Origin: Squalus acanthias
Taxonomy: Eukaryota
Direction: 5' to 3'
DNA length: 64,000 bases
Assembly: GCA_030390025.1 (NCBI GenBank)
Contig: CM059431.1
Coordinates: 154,568,001-154,632,000 of the forward strand
Shown: positions 13,114-25,774 of the stretch, piece after piece
Numbering within the stretch: the stretch's first letter is position 1
Layout of the letters: the number at the start of each line of letters is the position of its first letter
Program-made: the position numbers and the translations under genes
The notes under the pieces: model-generated
The model's database searches: none
The model's input: only the letters and a program-made list of their open reading frames with translations
Told to the model about the DNA's origin: nothing

Positions 13114-14605
13114 CATATTATCATAGAATGATAGGCAGTTACAGCACGGAAGGAGGCCATTTCGGCCCATCGTGTCCGCTCCGGCCAACAAAGAGCTATC
13201 GAGCCTAATCCCACTGCTTAGCTCTTGCCCCGTGGCCCTGCAGGTTAGAGCATCCCAAGTGCACATCCAAGTACTTTTTAAATGCGGTTAGGATTTCTGC
13301 CTCGAACACCCTTTCAGGCAGTGTGTTTCAGATCCCCACAACCAACTGGGTGAACAAATTTCCCTTAAATCCCCTCTAAACATTCCCCCAATTATTTTTA
13401 GTCTGTGCACCCCGGTTTTTGAGCACTCTGCTAAGGGAAATAGGTCCTTTCTATTCACTTTATCTATACACCTCAATATGGTCTCCCATCAGCCTCATCT
13501 GTTCCAAGGAAAACAGACACAGCCTATCCAATCTTTCCTCATAGCTAACATTCTCTACTCCCGGCAAAATCCTTGTAAATCTCCTCTGTACCCTCTCTAG
13601 TGCAACCAAATCTTTCCTGTAATGTGGTGACCAGAACTGCACGCAGTACTCTAGCTGAAACCTAACTAGTGTTTTATACATTTGAAGCATAACCCCCCTG
13701 CTCTTGTATTCTATGCCACGGCTAATAAAGGCAAGCATTCTGTATGCCTTCTTAACCAACTTATCTACTTGCCCTGCAACCTTCAGGGATCTGTGGACAT
13801 GCACTCCAAGGTCCCTTTGTTCCTTTACACTACACAGTGTCCTACCATTTAATGTGTATTCCCTTTCCTTGTTAGCTCTCCCCAAATGCATTTCCTCACA
13901 CATCTCCAGATTGATTTCCATTTGCCACTGTTCTGTCCACCTGATCAATTCATTGCTATCTTCCTGTAGTCCGCAGCTTCCTTCTTCAGTATCAACAACA
14001 AAGCCGATTTTAGTATCATCTGCAAACATCTTAGTCATAGCCCCTATATTCAAGTCAAAATCGTTGATATATACCACAAAAAGCAAGGGACCTAGTACTC
14101 AGTCCTGCGGAACCCCACTGGAAACAGCCTTCCAGTCACAAAAACACCCATCAACCATTACCCTCTGCTTCCTGTGTCCGAGCCAGTTTTGAATCCAAAT
14201 TGACACTTTGCCCTGGATCCCATGGGCTTTTAACTTCGTGACCAGTCTGCCATGTGGAACTATATCAAAAGCTTTGCTAAAGTCCATATACACTACATAA
14301 AACGCACTACCCTCATCTACCCTCCTTGTTACCTCCTCAAAAAATTAAATCACGTTTGTCAGAAACGACCTTCCCTTAACAAATCCGTACTGACTATCCT
14401 TGATTAATCCGTGTCTTTCTAAATGAAGATTTATCGTGTACTTCGTAATTCATTACAATAATGTTCTCACCACCGAGGTTAGGTTGACTGGCCTGTAATT
14501 ACTCGCTGTATCCTTTTCTCCCTTTTTAAACAAAGGTACCACATTAGCAGTTCTCCAGTCCTCCGGCACCACACATGAAGCCAGCGAGGATTGAAAAATG
14601 ATGGG
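13114..14605 (-). mobile_element. CR1 LINE RT fragment
   Basis: ORFs 14099-14293 (YMDFSKAFD, SGVPQ) and 13460-14086 (MFADDTKI, CVQFWSPHYRKD). Confidence 0.93.
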
Positions 14606-14609
14606 CAGT

Positions 14610-15467
14610 TGTTTAATGGTTCACTGCCATTCACGACTGGATGTGGCAGGACTGCAGAGATTTGATCTAATCCGGTGATTGTGGGATCACTTAGCCCTGT
14701 CTAAAGCAAGCTGCGTCCGCTGTTTTTCATGCATGTAGTCCTGTGTTGCCGGTTCCCCAGTTTGGCACCTCATTTTTAGGTACGCCTGGTGCGGCTCCCG
14801 GCATGCTCTTCTGCACTCCTTATTGAACAGGCTTGATGGTAAAGGTAGAGTGAGGGATATGCCAGGCCATGAGGTTACAGATTGTGATGGAATGCAATTC
14901 TGCTGCTGCTGATGGCCTCATGAATGCCAAGTTTTGAGCTGCTCGTTCTGTTCTGAATATACCCCATTTAGCACGGTGGTAGTGCTACACAACACGATAG
15001 ATGATGTCATCAGTGTGAAGGGGGACCTCCTCTGCACAATGACTGTGCTGTGTTCACTGCTACCAATACTCTCATGGATAGATGCATCTGTGACATGTAG
15101 CTTGTTGAGGACGAGTTCAAGTATGTTTTTCGCTCGTGTTGGTTCTCTCACCACCTCTCTGGCAGTTATGTCCTTCAAGACTCGTCCAGCTCAGTCAAGT
15201 TGGTGCTTTCGAGCCACTCTTGGTGATAGACATTGACGTTCCCCACTCAGAGTATATTCTGTGCTCTTGTTACTCTCAGTGCGGTTCAACATGGAAGAGT
15301 ACTGATTCATCAGCTGAGGGACGGCGGCAGGTGGTAATCAGCAGGATGTTTTCTTGCCCTGAATCCATGAGACTTGGTGTCCGGAATCAATGTTGAGGAC
15401 TCCCAGGACCACGCCTTCCCGACTGTGCTGCCTCCCCTGGTGGGTCTGTCCTGCCGGTGGGACAGGA
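14610..15467 (-). mobile_element. LINE (CR1/L2 group) apurinic endonuclease region, decayed
   Basis: Minus-strand peptides VLSHRQDRPTRGG and VVREPTRAKNILELVL...SIGSSEH. Confidence 0.75.
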
Positions 15468-15668
15468 CGGGTAAGGACGACAGATTTCCTTCGCTAAAGG
15501 ACATTAATGAACGAGATGATTTTTTGCGACAATCTGATCGTTCCATGCTCACTGATATTAGCTTTTTATTTAATTAACTGAATTTAATTTCCTCAGCTCG
15601 AACTCAAGTCTAGACATCATAAGTCCAGGTTTCTGTTCACTAGTCCAGTAACGTAACCACTATGCTAC
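15468..15668 (-). mobile_element. tRNA-headed SINE remnant (shark SacSINE1/DeuSINE-like)
   Basis: Minus strand begins gtagcatagtggttacgttactggactagt (A box) with gagttcga (B-box-like), then aatgtccttt..gaaggaaatctg..gtccttacc. Family name is from recall. Confidence 0.55.
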
Positions 15669-15849
15669 TGATTCCGGTATTGAATGTATTATTGAAATCT
15701 TATATTTTTGATAATTGGACGCATTATCAGCAGTAGCACGTGCCATGGCACACAGCACTTCATTATGCGTAACATTCAACATTATAAATCGGTACAATTG
15801 ATCCGGGGAATACCTGAGTACCACAGGTTCCTGCGATCTATCCTGTTTT

Positions 15850-16420
15850 AGAAGGGAAAGGGTAAACATTTCCGGAGAAACACATATCAAAATCATCTTG
15901 ATTAGACCACACTTGAAGTACGGCGCACATTTCTGGTGCTCATATTATAAGAAAAGTGTACAGAGGCAACGGGGTGGTGCAAAAATGATTAAGCATGACA
16001 TCAGAACTGAGAGGTTATACTGGAAACGAAAAGGCTGAGGGGTGACCTTATATAAGTCTTTATAATTATGAAGTGGTTTGATAGGGTAAACATGGCGAGT
16101 ATGTTTCCACTTCTGGGCAAGAAGAAAATTGGGCATAATAAATATAAGATAGTCACCAATAAATACAATATGCAATTCAGGAGAAAATGTCTTTACCCAC
16201 AGGTAGTAAGCACGTGGAACGTGTTCCCAGAAGGATTAGTTGAGGCGAATTGCATAGAGGCATTTTATGTGAAGCTAGATAAGCACATCAGGGAGAAAGG
16301 AATAGGATGATATGCTGATAGATTTAGATGACGAGGGGTAACAGGACGCTCGTGTGGAGCATAAGCAACGGCATGGAGCCATTGCACTGAATGGCCTGTT
16401 TGTGTGTTGTAAATTTTAAT
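15850..16420 (+). mobile_element. CR1 3' fragment
   Basis: ORF 16068-16310 (MFPL..GH.YKI...VV..WN.LP..VEA) is the CR1 ORF2 C-terminus; its end is paralogous to positions 1-70. Confidence 0.8.
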
Positions 16421-16841
16421 ACCTCTGTGGAATCCTTGTCAGTGACAACGGTATTTACCATTATAAAACCCTGTTATAGGACTGTAAATCAGCAGCCCAA
16501 ATACTACGATTGCGAGGGAGACCAAGTGTGATTGTCTATGTTTTCTTTTTTTTGTCTGCCTTTGTTTATATATGTAGCTATTTGGTGGTGCAGGTTGTTT
16601 GTCTGTACATTGGGCGTCTGTACATTATGCACTTGTATATAGTGTGACCTTTGTACATTGCACATTTGAACATTATATGCTAATACATTTTGCACTTGTA
16701 CATTGCGTGCTTGTGCATAGTTGATCTTTATATCGAATGTCTCTATATTATCCACCTGTCCATTGTTCAGCTATATATCGTGTGTCTCTACATTATGCAG
16801 ATATATATTTTGAGTGCATGTGCATCGTGCTCCGATATAAT

Positions 16842-17185
16842 GGGGCTAAATTTGCTGTCGGAGGCTTCCCGCGGGAGGATGACTCCGACAGGCAAGAAAT
16901 CTACAAACTTACCTTCTGCCTCGTGATCCTGTAATTTTCAAATTATTGAAAAAAATGTATTTTTCAATTTTTTAAAAATCTTACGCTGTTAAAATGAAAT
17001 AGCGCAACTCTCTACCCGCGGAATACTTTTCCACGGGGATGCAGAGGATCAGTAGAGAAAATTCTTGACACATAGCAAGTTCCGGGTTTATCGAATGTGC
17101 AGCGCATGCCTAAAACGGGAACTTGAGTGTCCCCTACGGGCAGGTACACATCCCTTACGCACCTAGTGTTCTCAAATTCCGGCCC
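16842..17185. mobile_element. MITE with gggct/gggcc-aaattt TIRs; paralog at ~538-805 plus ~3290-3349 is split by a CR1
   Basis: gggctaaatttg ... caaattccggccc imperfect terminal inverted repeats, flanked by aat on both sides. Confidence 0.6.
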
Positions 17186-17340
17186 AATATGTGTGTGTAC
17201 ATTGAGCGTCCGCACATTGTGCATCCGTCCATTGTGCACCTGTACATGTGCATTATGCATTTGTACATTTTGTGCTAGTGCATTGTGCGGCTGTACATTG
17301 TGTGCCCAAGAATTGTGCACCTATAAAACAGCAACAACCT

Positions 17341-18427
17341 GGGAGTTATTTTGGCCGCAGAGTGAAAACAGGCGCTAAATGGGTACTTTGCTAATAAAAA
17401 ACGCCTTTTTGAAATGTGGATTTAGCTCGCTATTTTCGGAGTAATTCTTGATTCTCATGATTGGAACGTGCCTGCAGGCGCTGAAACCGAAATCTGCAGG
17501 TTTAGCACTCCAGTGCTGATTACATGCAATTTTCCGCCAGCTGTGTGTGTAGCCTGCACTCATCCACTTCCGCTGAAGGTGTGGATTGCGATGGCTGTGA
17601 GTGAAGGCTCTGACAAGGAGCAAAAGATAAGGTGCCCAGCTTCTCCGGCTTGGCATAGGTGGTTCTGGCGGAGGAAGTAGGGAGAAGAGGAGCGGTTTCC
17701 ACTATCTGCAGTGGGAAGGAGACCAATGAGGTAGCTGATGCGCCGCAAGTGGGAAGAGATCACACATGAGTTCACAGCAGGAGGCCTGGACACAGGACAT
17801 GGCTCCAGTGCTGCAAGAAATTTAATGACTTGACCCATGTTGTCAAAGTAAGATCCCATCTCACACACACACTTCTCAAAAACTGCACCATCACAAACTC
17901 AACACGGTTCATCCAGCATCTAAGTCTACACTGACATCCACACACCAAACACTGTTGCATCCTTCACCGGCACTACACACACCTCAGACACAGCTCACAG
18001 CTCTTCAGAAATGTGAGGCATCACACACACAAAATTACACCTGCCAATGCACTCATTCGGAATCACACTCTTTGTCTGCCATACCCCATCTTGGCCACCT
18101 CTTTACCTCTTTAGCGCCTAAAGTATTCTGCCAAAATAGCCCCCAGGTCTTTTGATGCAACGCCGGCTTAGGCCGTGTTGAAGCGCAAGACGCCATCAGC
18201 GGAAATGGGTTAGTGCAGGCTACATATACAGCTCCACGAAAATTGCGTCTATGCAGCACTTGCCAAACCTGTAGGTTTCTGGTTATCGCCTGCAGGCAAG
18301 TTCAAATCATGGCAATCATCAATGAGACTGAAAATTGCGTGCTCAGTTACAACTTTCAAATAGGCATTTCTTATTAGTACAACCCCCACTTAGCACCTGT
18401 TTTTATCCGTTGGTTTAAATTACCCTC
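17341..18427 (+). mobile_element. Harbinger-like remnant with decayed Myb/SANT-like segment (paralog of 3529-4593)
   Basis: Same TIRs; RTWLQCCKKFNDL motif at ~17795-17835. Confidence 0.6.
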
Positions 18428-19158
18428 ATTATGTATTAGCTATTTAGGCAAACATGCAACAGCCACGATCATGTCTTATTTCTCATGCACATCTTGTATT
18501 TCTAAGCCATTAAATCCAAACATATATGACCGTCCAGATCATTTATAATGTAATTTACTGGACAAATGCTGCTGTTATCCAGCTTACTCGATACTTCAAA
18601 CAAGCTTCGGGCACTGCCCGTTATAAACTCGGGTTTGTCTGGAGCTGTGCTGCTTAAATTCAAATTCATCCTCAGTTCCACTTCTCCGTGATCCACTTGC
18701 TCACGGACCGCTTATGACAAATTGATCATATGTTAAATTCTCCTACTCATCTACAAATTCCTCTACGATCCCGTCCACCTTATCTCTGCAGAGTTCTTCA
18801 CATCTCCACTGTTTCACAACTATTCCCTCGATGTGGTCCCCAGTGTATCTCTTCTTCTACTCCGGACTCCAGGCACAGACTCCCATCACATTGGCTGAAA
18901 CTCCGTTCCTATGGGCCTCCGTCTCGCTAATTCATACTTACATTAAACATTCTCCGAATGTTGTAAGGCCTGGGTCCTTCCTTAATATACCAAAAAGAGA
19001 CAGTGTTAATTGTTAATTCATCATCTGTAAGGCACCTCTGGCCGTTTCACTGCTTGGATGGCTTTAAAGAATCTTCGTTGCTATAGCAATTGTTTCAGAG
19101 TATTCACTGTTTCGTAGCGGGCACAGCATTTAATCTGTTCTCATTTACACCTTGACAG

Positions 19159-19328
19159 AAAATGTAGATACTAAAATCTTACTAATGTTGCCGAGCTGCA
19201 CGGATACCCAGCTGCACAGAGTTATCGTTTGCTACCGTCAGAGACTAGAACAGTCAATTGAAAAATACGTGGATGCTGTTAGTCAGTCGCTTTTAGATGC
19301 AAACGTGTTTGCTGAATCAGATCATAAG
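19159..19328 (+). CDS. Exon A2 of CARD-like module
   Basis: ccttgacAG|AAAATGTA...CATAAG|GTatgc; 170 nt, open: (E)NVDTKILLMLPSCTDTQLHRVIVCYRQRLEQSIEKYVDAVSQSLLDANVFAESDHK. Confidence 0.8.
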
Positions 19329-22300
19329 GTATGCTACGTAGATTTTGGAATTGCTTAATATTAAATGATTCATACAGTTGACTGTTTAGATTGACTGTAT
19401 TCGGTGCAACCCAATCATAGAAACAATAATCTAAGATGTACTGGCATAACTTCAATCGGGACGTGAAATTGCATCCGGTGCCAATTTAAACAATATTTAA
19501 AGTGTTCTTCTGAGATATTTCTCTCGTAAATTAACTGTTGTGTAATTTTGAATGAGTGCATAGAATAATAATGGAACAGCATCTCATGGTACATCCATTA
19601 GTTCCTTATGGCAGCGTCATTCGCCCAACCCCAGTTAGCTTTTTATCCCAAATTGACAATCAAAGACCATCGCTCACAAGTTCAGAAATGGGGCTGTTCC
19701 CTGATGATTGCACAATGTTTAGCACTACTCGCAAATCCCAGATAATGAAGCAGTCCATGCCCACTTGAAGCAAGACCTGGACAACATGAAGGTTTGAGCG
19801 GATAAGTGGCAAGTAACATTTGCGTTGCACAAGTGCCAGGCAATGACCATCTCAAACATAAATGTCTAGTCGCTTCCGCTTGGCATTTAATGACATTACC
19901 ATGGGTGAACCTGCCAACATACAAATGCTGGGTGTCACAATAAAACCGGCTTTGACAATTCACTGCCAAATGGTCGTATTTCTGCAGGGATTGAGTTTAC
20001 TCCAGCTTCTGAAAGCGGACACAGATTGCATCATATCAATTGAGCAATTATTCGAAATTCCAGGATTGAATACGCCAAGACGCCTCGAAATGAATAATTC
20101 AGTAAGACTCTACTAGCAGCGAAAGCATCACGTGTCCTCAGCTAAACCCTAGTGGGAAACCTGGAGCTATATAAACCTTGCAATAACAACATATTTCTAA
20201 TCTCACTTGAAGAAATTAACTGACGTTTAGAAGCTATGCTTTTGGAATTTCTCCGCGCTCCATGGCCGAGAGTTTCCGTCCATTCACCATCAAAGCAGCC
20301 CTGTGTCTCCCGTAAACCATCCGATTGTTGTGAGCCATTGCCGCTTGCCCGGATTTCTAGAATGTTCTACAGAACTTATGCAAGTCGTTGTTTCCATTAC
20401 TCTGCCTCTTTCTGCCTTCCAAACAGCTTCCCTGTCACAGTTTTTAAACCTAACTAAACATATCCTTCATTTGCCACCTTACACAATTTGCATTGTCTCA
20501 CGTATCAGCCAGCAGTCACCAAATTTATCCAGTCCATGGGATATCCAACCTCCTGTCTTCAGTGCATGCCCGATCAGGTCACGAACCTTATTGGCCCAAT
20601 GCTCGGTGACATCACCGATACCGGGCCCTCCTCAGGTATCATTCTGTTATGAAAAACTGCCATAATGAACCATGTGTTAAAAGAATCTCAGGAATTATTT
20701 GTGATGTCCATATGCGCCCTTTTCCCAATAACTCCAACAGTTATATAACAAATTATTGGTAATAAATCTGTTTAGCGGAAGCAACAGATTGTCTGGGGAT
20801 ATGATAAAAGTACATTGACAGCTACGTGGCTTATATAAGTGCAGGATTGAGAGCTAAGGTGTCTTGTTGCCAAACATCGATGGTTAATTTAATTTAAAAC
20901 AAAAAATGGGAGGTATTATTAAACGATTCAACGGCAGCACGGAACTCAGGACCGATATGAGGTATGATTACAATAGCAATCTATACGGTTGGAGTTACAG
21001 CATAATAAAGGAACTATTTATCTATGTGAGCTTATTATCATGAACAAATAGGGGGAATAGATAGAAAAGATGTTTAGATACATTTTAGATAATGCAGCAA
21101 TAGCAACAACGGAGTGATCGGTGATTTTTTATATCCAAAGAATAGAAGCAACGTAAGTGGGGATGGGAGGCCATGGTGCCTGCAGCGTGTCCAGGACAAT
21201 ATACAGATGAAAACTGTTTTAGAACAACAAGGAAGGAATCAGTGTTGGATCTATTTCTAGAATGTGGAGGGTTTAGTAGTTGAGGTAAGGGTAGTGGAAC
21301 ATTTAGGAAGAATTATATCGTTAGGTTTATTCTGAATTGTAAAAGGGAACGTGGCAATCAAAGCAATATATATTTTTCTGGAATAACTCCAACTTCAACG
21401 AGACTAAACAAGTAGCAAATATATTTTGGGAATTGATGACAGAAAGCCGCGGGGAATTAATCGGTCGCTTCCAATGAGTAGAAGATTCCCGCAGAAGGTA
21501 TACAAATTACACAAGAATAATAGAGGTGCAGCACAAACTAGAATTGCTTGGACGTGCTTAAAAAATGAACTAAAATGAGATTGTAAAATAAATGTAGGGT
21601 TGTAGAGCTGATTATATACAACAAGACAAGGAAACACAGATAATATAAAACCTACGTGAAAACGTTGAATATTAGAGACAATTATTACACTACACAGGCA
21701 TTAAAAGTGAAATAGTTACACAAAGGACAGAGCTCTTCAGAGATTAAAAAGACATGGTCCATAGAGAACATGAAGGAGTGACTGAAAAGCTTATGCTACT
21801 GTTTCGATAAATGAAAGGGATACTTGGAATGAATGAAAGGCTCATTGAAGTAAATAGAAAGTAAACCGGGCGCGGCATGAAGCGGGCCGCCGTTTTACTT
21901 AAGTTCGCGCTACTGGTCAGCACTAATTTCACCTGCATATTTATGGTTTTCAATGTGTGCAATTAGATTTTCTGAAACTAGATTGTGAACTTTCATAATA
22001 TTACGATATTTCGAACACTAATGCTTGGTTTGGTCGAATACTTTTGCTGCAAATGTAACTTTCCCCTTTTATTCAGCACTTTACCCTTTTCCATCTGTCA
22101 GCTGAGAAAATACAGTTTCCCTGGATGACTCAACGCTGCTTCTCTCTATTTCTGCAAATTCTTCCAGCCCTATAACCCTCCCTGAACTCTGCTCTCATTC
22201 AATTCTAGCCTTTTGCGTAACCTCGATTGTCCTTGTCCCACCATTGGTGACAATGCCCACAGCTGCCTCGGCCCTAATTTCTGAAATTCCTTCGCTAATC

Positions 22301-22488
22301 CTCTCCGGCTCCCGACCACATACTCCTCGTTTAAGACGCTCTTTAAAACTTACCTCTTTGATCAAACTTCTACACTCCCGCTTGTGATCTTTTCTGTTCA
22401 TTCGTCTCATAAAGAGAGCGTGAAAGAGAAATGTCGCTTGTTTGCTCATTATTTACATTACTTGGCTCAATATGATTTCATTTTTTAG

Positions 22489-22687
22489 GGAATCATAACA
22501 CGAGTTGAAAGTCACAACAAGAGCGACGCTTCCCGGCACATCTTCGATACTGTGCTGGAAAAGGGAGCTCGGGCAGAAAGAACAATCTGGAAAATATTTC
22601 TTCAACTGCAAAACACAAAACCACAGCTGAAAGCGACAATTTCAGACATACAGAGCAAAGTTACAGAGCGACAAAGTCATTTGGAAG
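22489..22687 (+). CDS. Exon B2 of CARD-like module
   Basis: ttttttAG|GGAATC...TTGGAAG|GTAGGT; 199 nt, open: GIITRVESHNKSDASRHIFDTVLEKGARAERTIWKIFLQLQNTKPQLKATISDIQSKVTERQSHLE. Confidence 0.8.
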
Positions 22688-23074
22688 GTAGGTGTTATCC
22701 AAATCCTTTGCAAAAAAGATTTTGCTTACACTCAGAGTAACAAAGTTAATTATGTATGGCAATGACCTTATTTTAAGTTAAATTCTGCGAGGATGAAATT
22801 CTACATGCGCTGGGAAATAAAACAGCCACGATCGCATTTGTCGACAGTTACAAAAAACGCCGGACTTTCAGTAAAATTGAAGGTTATTCGGGCGCAGTGT
22901 ACAATAGCCGATCGATGCGATACCGCCTTTGTTATGTCTGCGCGAAAAACCAGCGGTATCGCATCTGCTGTTCGTTATGCGCTCGGTCCATGTTGCCTTC
23001 TATTGACTGCAATAGAACTGAATATACGGCGACTTGAAGTTGATGTGGTTTGTGTTCTGCTCTGGTCCAATAAT

Positions 23075-23816
23075 GGCCCAAAAATTCGTGAGGATGCCTT
23101 CGTGCGAGGGTATGTCTTCCCCGCGATCTCTCACTGCGCGTTGGCTTTTTCAGTTCCAGCTCGCACGAACTTGATGTTCTGGACAGCTGCTGTGCTGGGC
23201 TTGGGTATCCCACAGGCGCAGTTAATTCGTGCAAGCTGTGGGATCACGTGACTCAGTTAGAGCCAATGGCAGCACACCATCTTCCATTCATAACTTTCAC
23301 ATAAGTGCTGTGAAAGCTATGAATACTTTCGCCCCCCCAAAGAACAGCTAAACCTCAATTAAATTTAAAAAAAAACATCACATTAATAAAATAAGTATAG
23401 TTAAATAAATTAAACATTTTAAATAAAAAATTATATTTTTGAAAAAAATTAAAATCTTTAAAAAAGTTAGAAAAATAAACTTACCTGTCTTTAAAGTCTC
23501 TAAAAAAGATATACCTGTTAAAAAAAATTCAAAATAATACTTAATTCACTACTTATATTTTTAAAAGTGGGTCTTACTCCTCCTTTTTTTATGTGTAAAA
23601 TCTTCCATACTTACCTGCGCGATGAAACCACTAAGTGCACTGCATGCGCGCAGCCTGTAGCGCGCACGCGGTTCACCTAGGAACCGCCCCCTTTTCCATT
23701 CACCAAGTGCCGGTTTTCAGCGCATGCGCAGTGCATGCAGAAAACCGGCAATTGGAGACAGAATACGCGAGAGTACAAAGTGCGTACTCTCGCGTATCAA
23801 CACAAATTTTTGGGCC
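23075..23816. mobile_element. MITE (~740 bp), copy 1
   Basis: TIRs ggcccaaaaattcgtg / cacaaatttttgggcc (15 of 16 match); AT-rich core; absent from the paralogous site at ~10308. Confidence 0.85.
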
Positions 23817-23819
23817 ATT

Positions 23820-24535
23820 GGCCCAGAAATTGATCTCGCTCTGTTCCCGCGGGGGTAAGGCTTCCCCGTGGACTCTCACCTTGCTTGTGCTTTTTCAGAT
23901 CCAGCTCGCACGAACTTGATGTTCCAGACATCAGCTGGGCAGTGCTTGCGTATCCCAGCGGCGTAGTGAATTCGTGCGAGCTGTGGGATCACGTGACTCA
24001 GTTAGAGCCAATGGCAGCACACCATCTTCCATTCATAAGTTTCACAACGCGCAGTGACATCTATGAATCTTACACCCCCCCAAAATAACAGCTAAACCTC
24101 AATTAAATTAAAAAAACATCACATTAATAAATTAAATATAGTTAATTAAATTAACCATTTTAAATAAAAAAATAAATTTTTGAAAAAATTTAAAATCTTT
24201 TAAAAAGTTATAAAAATAAACTTACCTGTCTTTAAAGTCTCTAAAAAAGATATACCTGTTAAAAAAAAATCAAAAAAATACTTAATTCACTACTTACCTT
24301 CTTAAAAGTGGGTCTTACTCCTCCTTTTACCATTTCCAAAATCTTCCGTACTTACCTGCGCGTCCAAAGCATGAAGTGCACAGCGTGCGCGCAGACTGTA
24401 GCGCGCACGCGATGCACCGAGGAACCGCCCCCTTTTCAAAATAGCAATTGCCGGTTTTCAGCGCATGCGCAGGGCATGCAGAAAACCGGCAATTGGAGTG
24501 GGAATACGCGAGAGTACGGGATGAATTTTCGACCC
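23820..24535. mobile_element. MITE (~715 bp), copy 2, in tandem with copy 1
   Basis: Starts ggcccagaaattgatc, ends gaattttcgaccc; internally similar to copy 1; the pair is flanked by AAT...AAT. Confidence 0.8.
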
Positions 24536-24707
24536 AATGTGTTTACCTTTTTGAAGCGGAGGTTGGAACTTGCGCATTACTGTTTCTCGTGGGTGTAAGA
24601 AAGCTCCACCGCATTATAAAAATAATAAATTACCTTATTTGGGAATGCAGTGGAGCTTTCTAACACCGATGAGAAACAGTAATGCGCATGTTGAAACTTC
24701 CTCTTCT

Positions 24708-24795
24708 ATACATATATATATATATATATATATATGCATTTATCTTAAGGCATATATCTATCTTTCTGTATATATATATATATATACATATATGT
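24708..24795. repeat. (TA)n microsatellite, interrupted
   Basis: Direct reading; a shorter version lies at ~10476-10550. Confidence 0.9.
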
Positions 24796-24809
24796 GTGGT
24801 TTTGTGTAT

Positions 24810-25745
24810 ATCTGGCAGGATGCTGATTCCTTGAACACTATGCCCAACTGGCAGCATACTGTCATACATACCTAGCCAGGTCCCGATATAATTCAAAACC
24901 CATACACAGCAGGCAACATGCTGATACACTGTGAAAACACATGCTAACAGTATCCGATAAACTGTGAATCCACGTACACATCAGGAGGGATCATGATAGG
25001 CTATGAAAGACTGCACACCTTATTTGGGAATGCAGTGGAGCTTAATGCTGCTACACTAACTCTCCGATATTTATCTGGCAGGATACCAGTAAAGCTTATC
25101 CTCATACACACCTGGCAGTTCTCCAATACACTATGGAACCCTTTATTCCCCTGGCAGGAACCCGATACACGCTAAATCTCAGTAAACATCTGGCATGACC
25201 CTGATGCACTGTGAATCCCTATACAAAAATGGAATTATCCCGATACATTTTGTACACTTGGCAGGATCATGATACATCGGGGAACCCCATATACAGCTGG
25301 AAGGATTCTGGTACACTGTAAAACCCCATACATATCTGGCAGGGTCCCAATGCACTGTGAATCCACATGCATATCTGGCAGGATCCTGATATACTGTGAA
25401 ACCCCATGCAGGATCCTGTTATACTGTGAAACCCCGTACACCGGGCGACATCCTGATACACTGTGAAACCTCATACACACCTGAAGAAACCGAATATGCT
25501 GTGAATCGATGTACAAATCCGTTAGGATCATGATACATATAATCTCCAGGCAAAACTAAAATAGTCCCGGTAAACTGTGAAAGCGCATACACAGCTGGCA
25601 AAGCTCCGGAACACTGAACCCCCATACGCATGTGGGAGGATCCTGATACATTCTGATAACTGACACATAGCTGGCAGGATCCTGATATACTTTGAAATGC
25701 AATACGCAATTGTCAGAATTCGGATACACTGTGAATCCGTATAAA
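24810..25745. repeat. Degenerate 39-bp satellite
   Basis: Same unit as 10560-11180, with more copies. Confidence 0.8.
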
Positions 25746-25774
25746 AAACTGTCAAAACGACAATATAATACTCA

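Noticed and set aside
22660..22661. Apparent loss of the B2 splice donor, implying a pseudo-exon
   Set aside because: The donor conserved in all copies is 27 nt downstream (AG|GTAGGT at 22688) and is intact.
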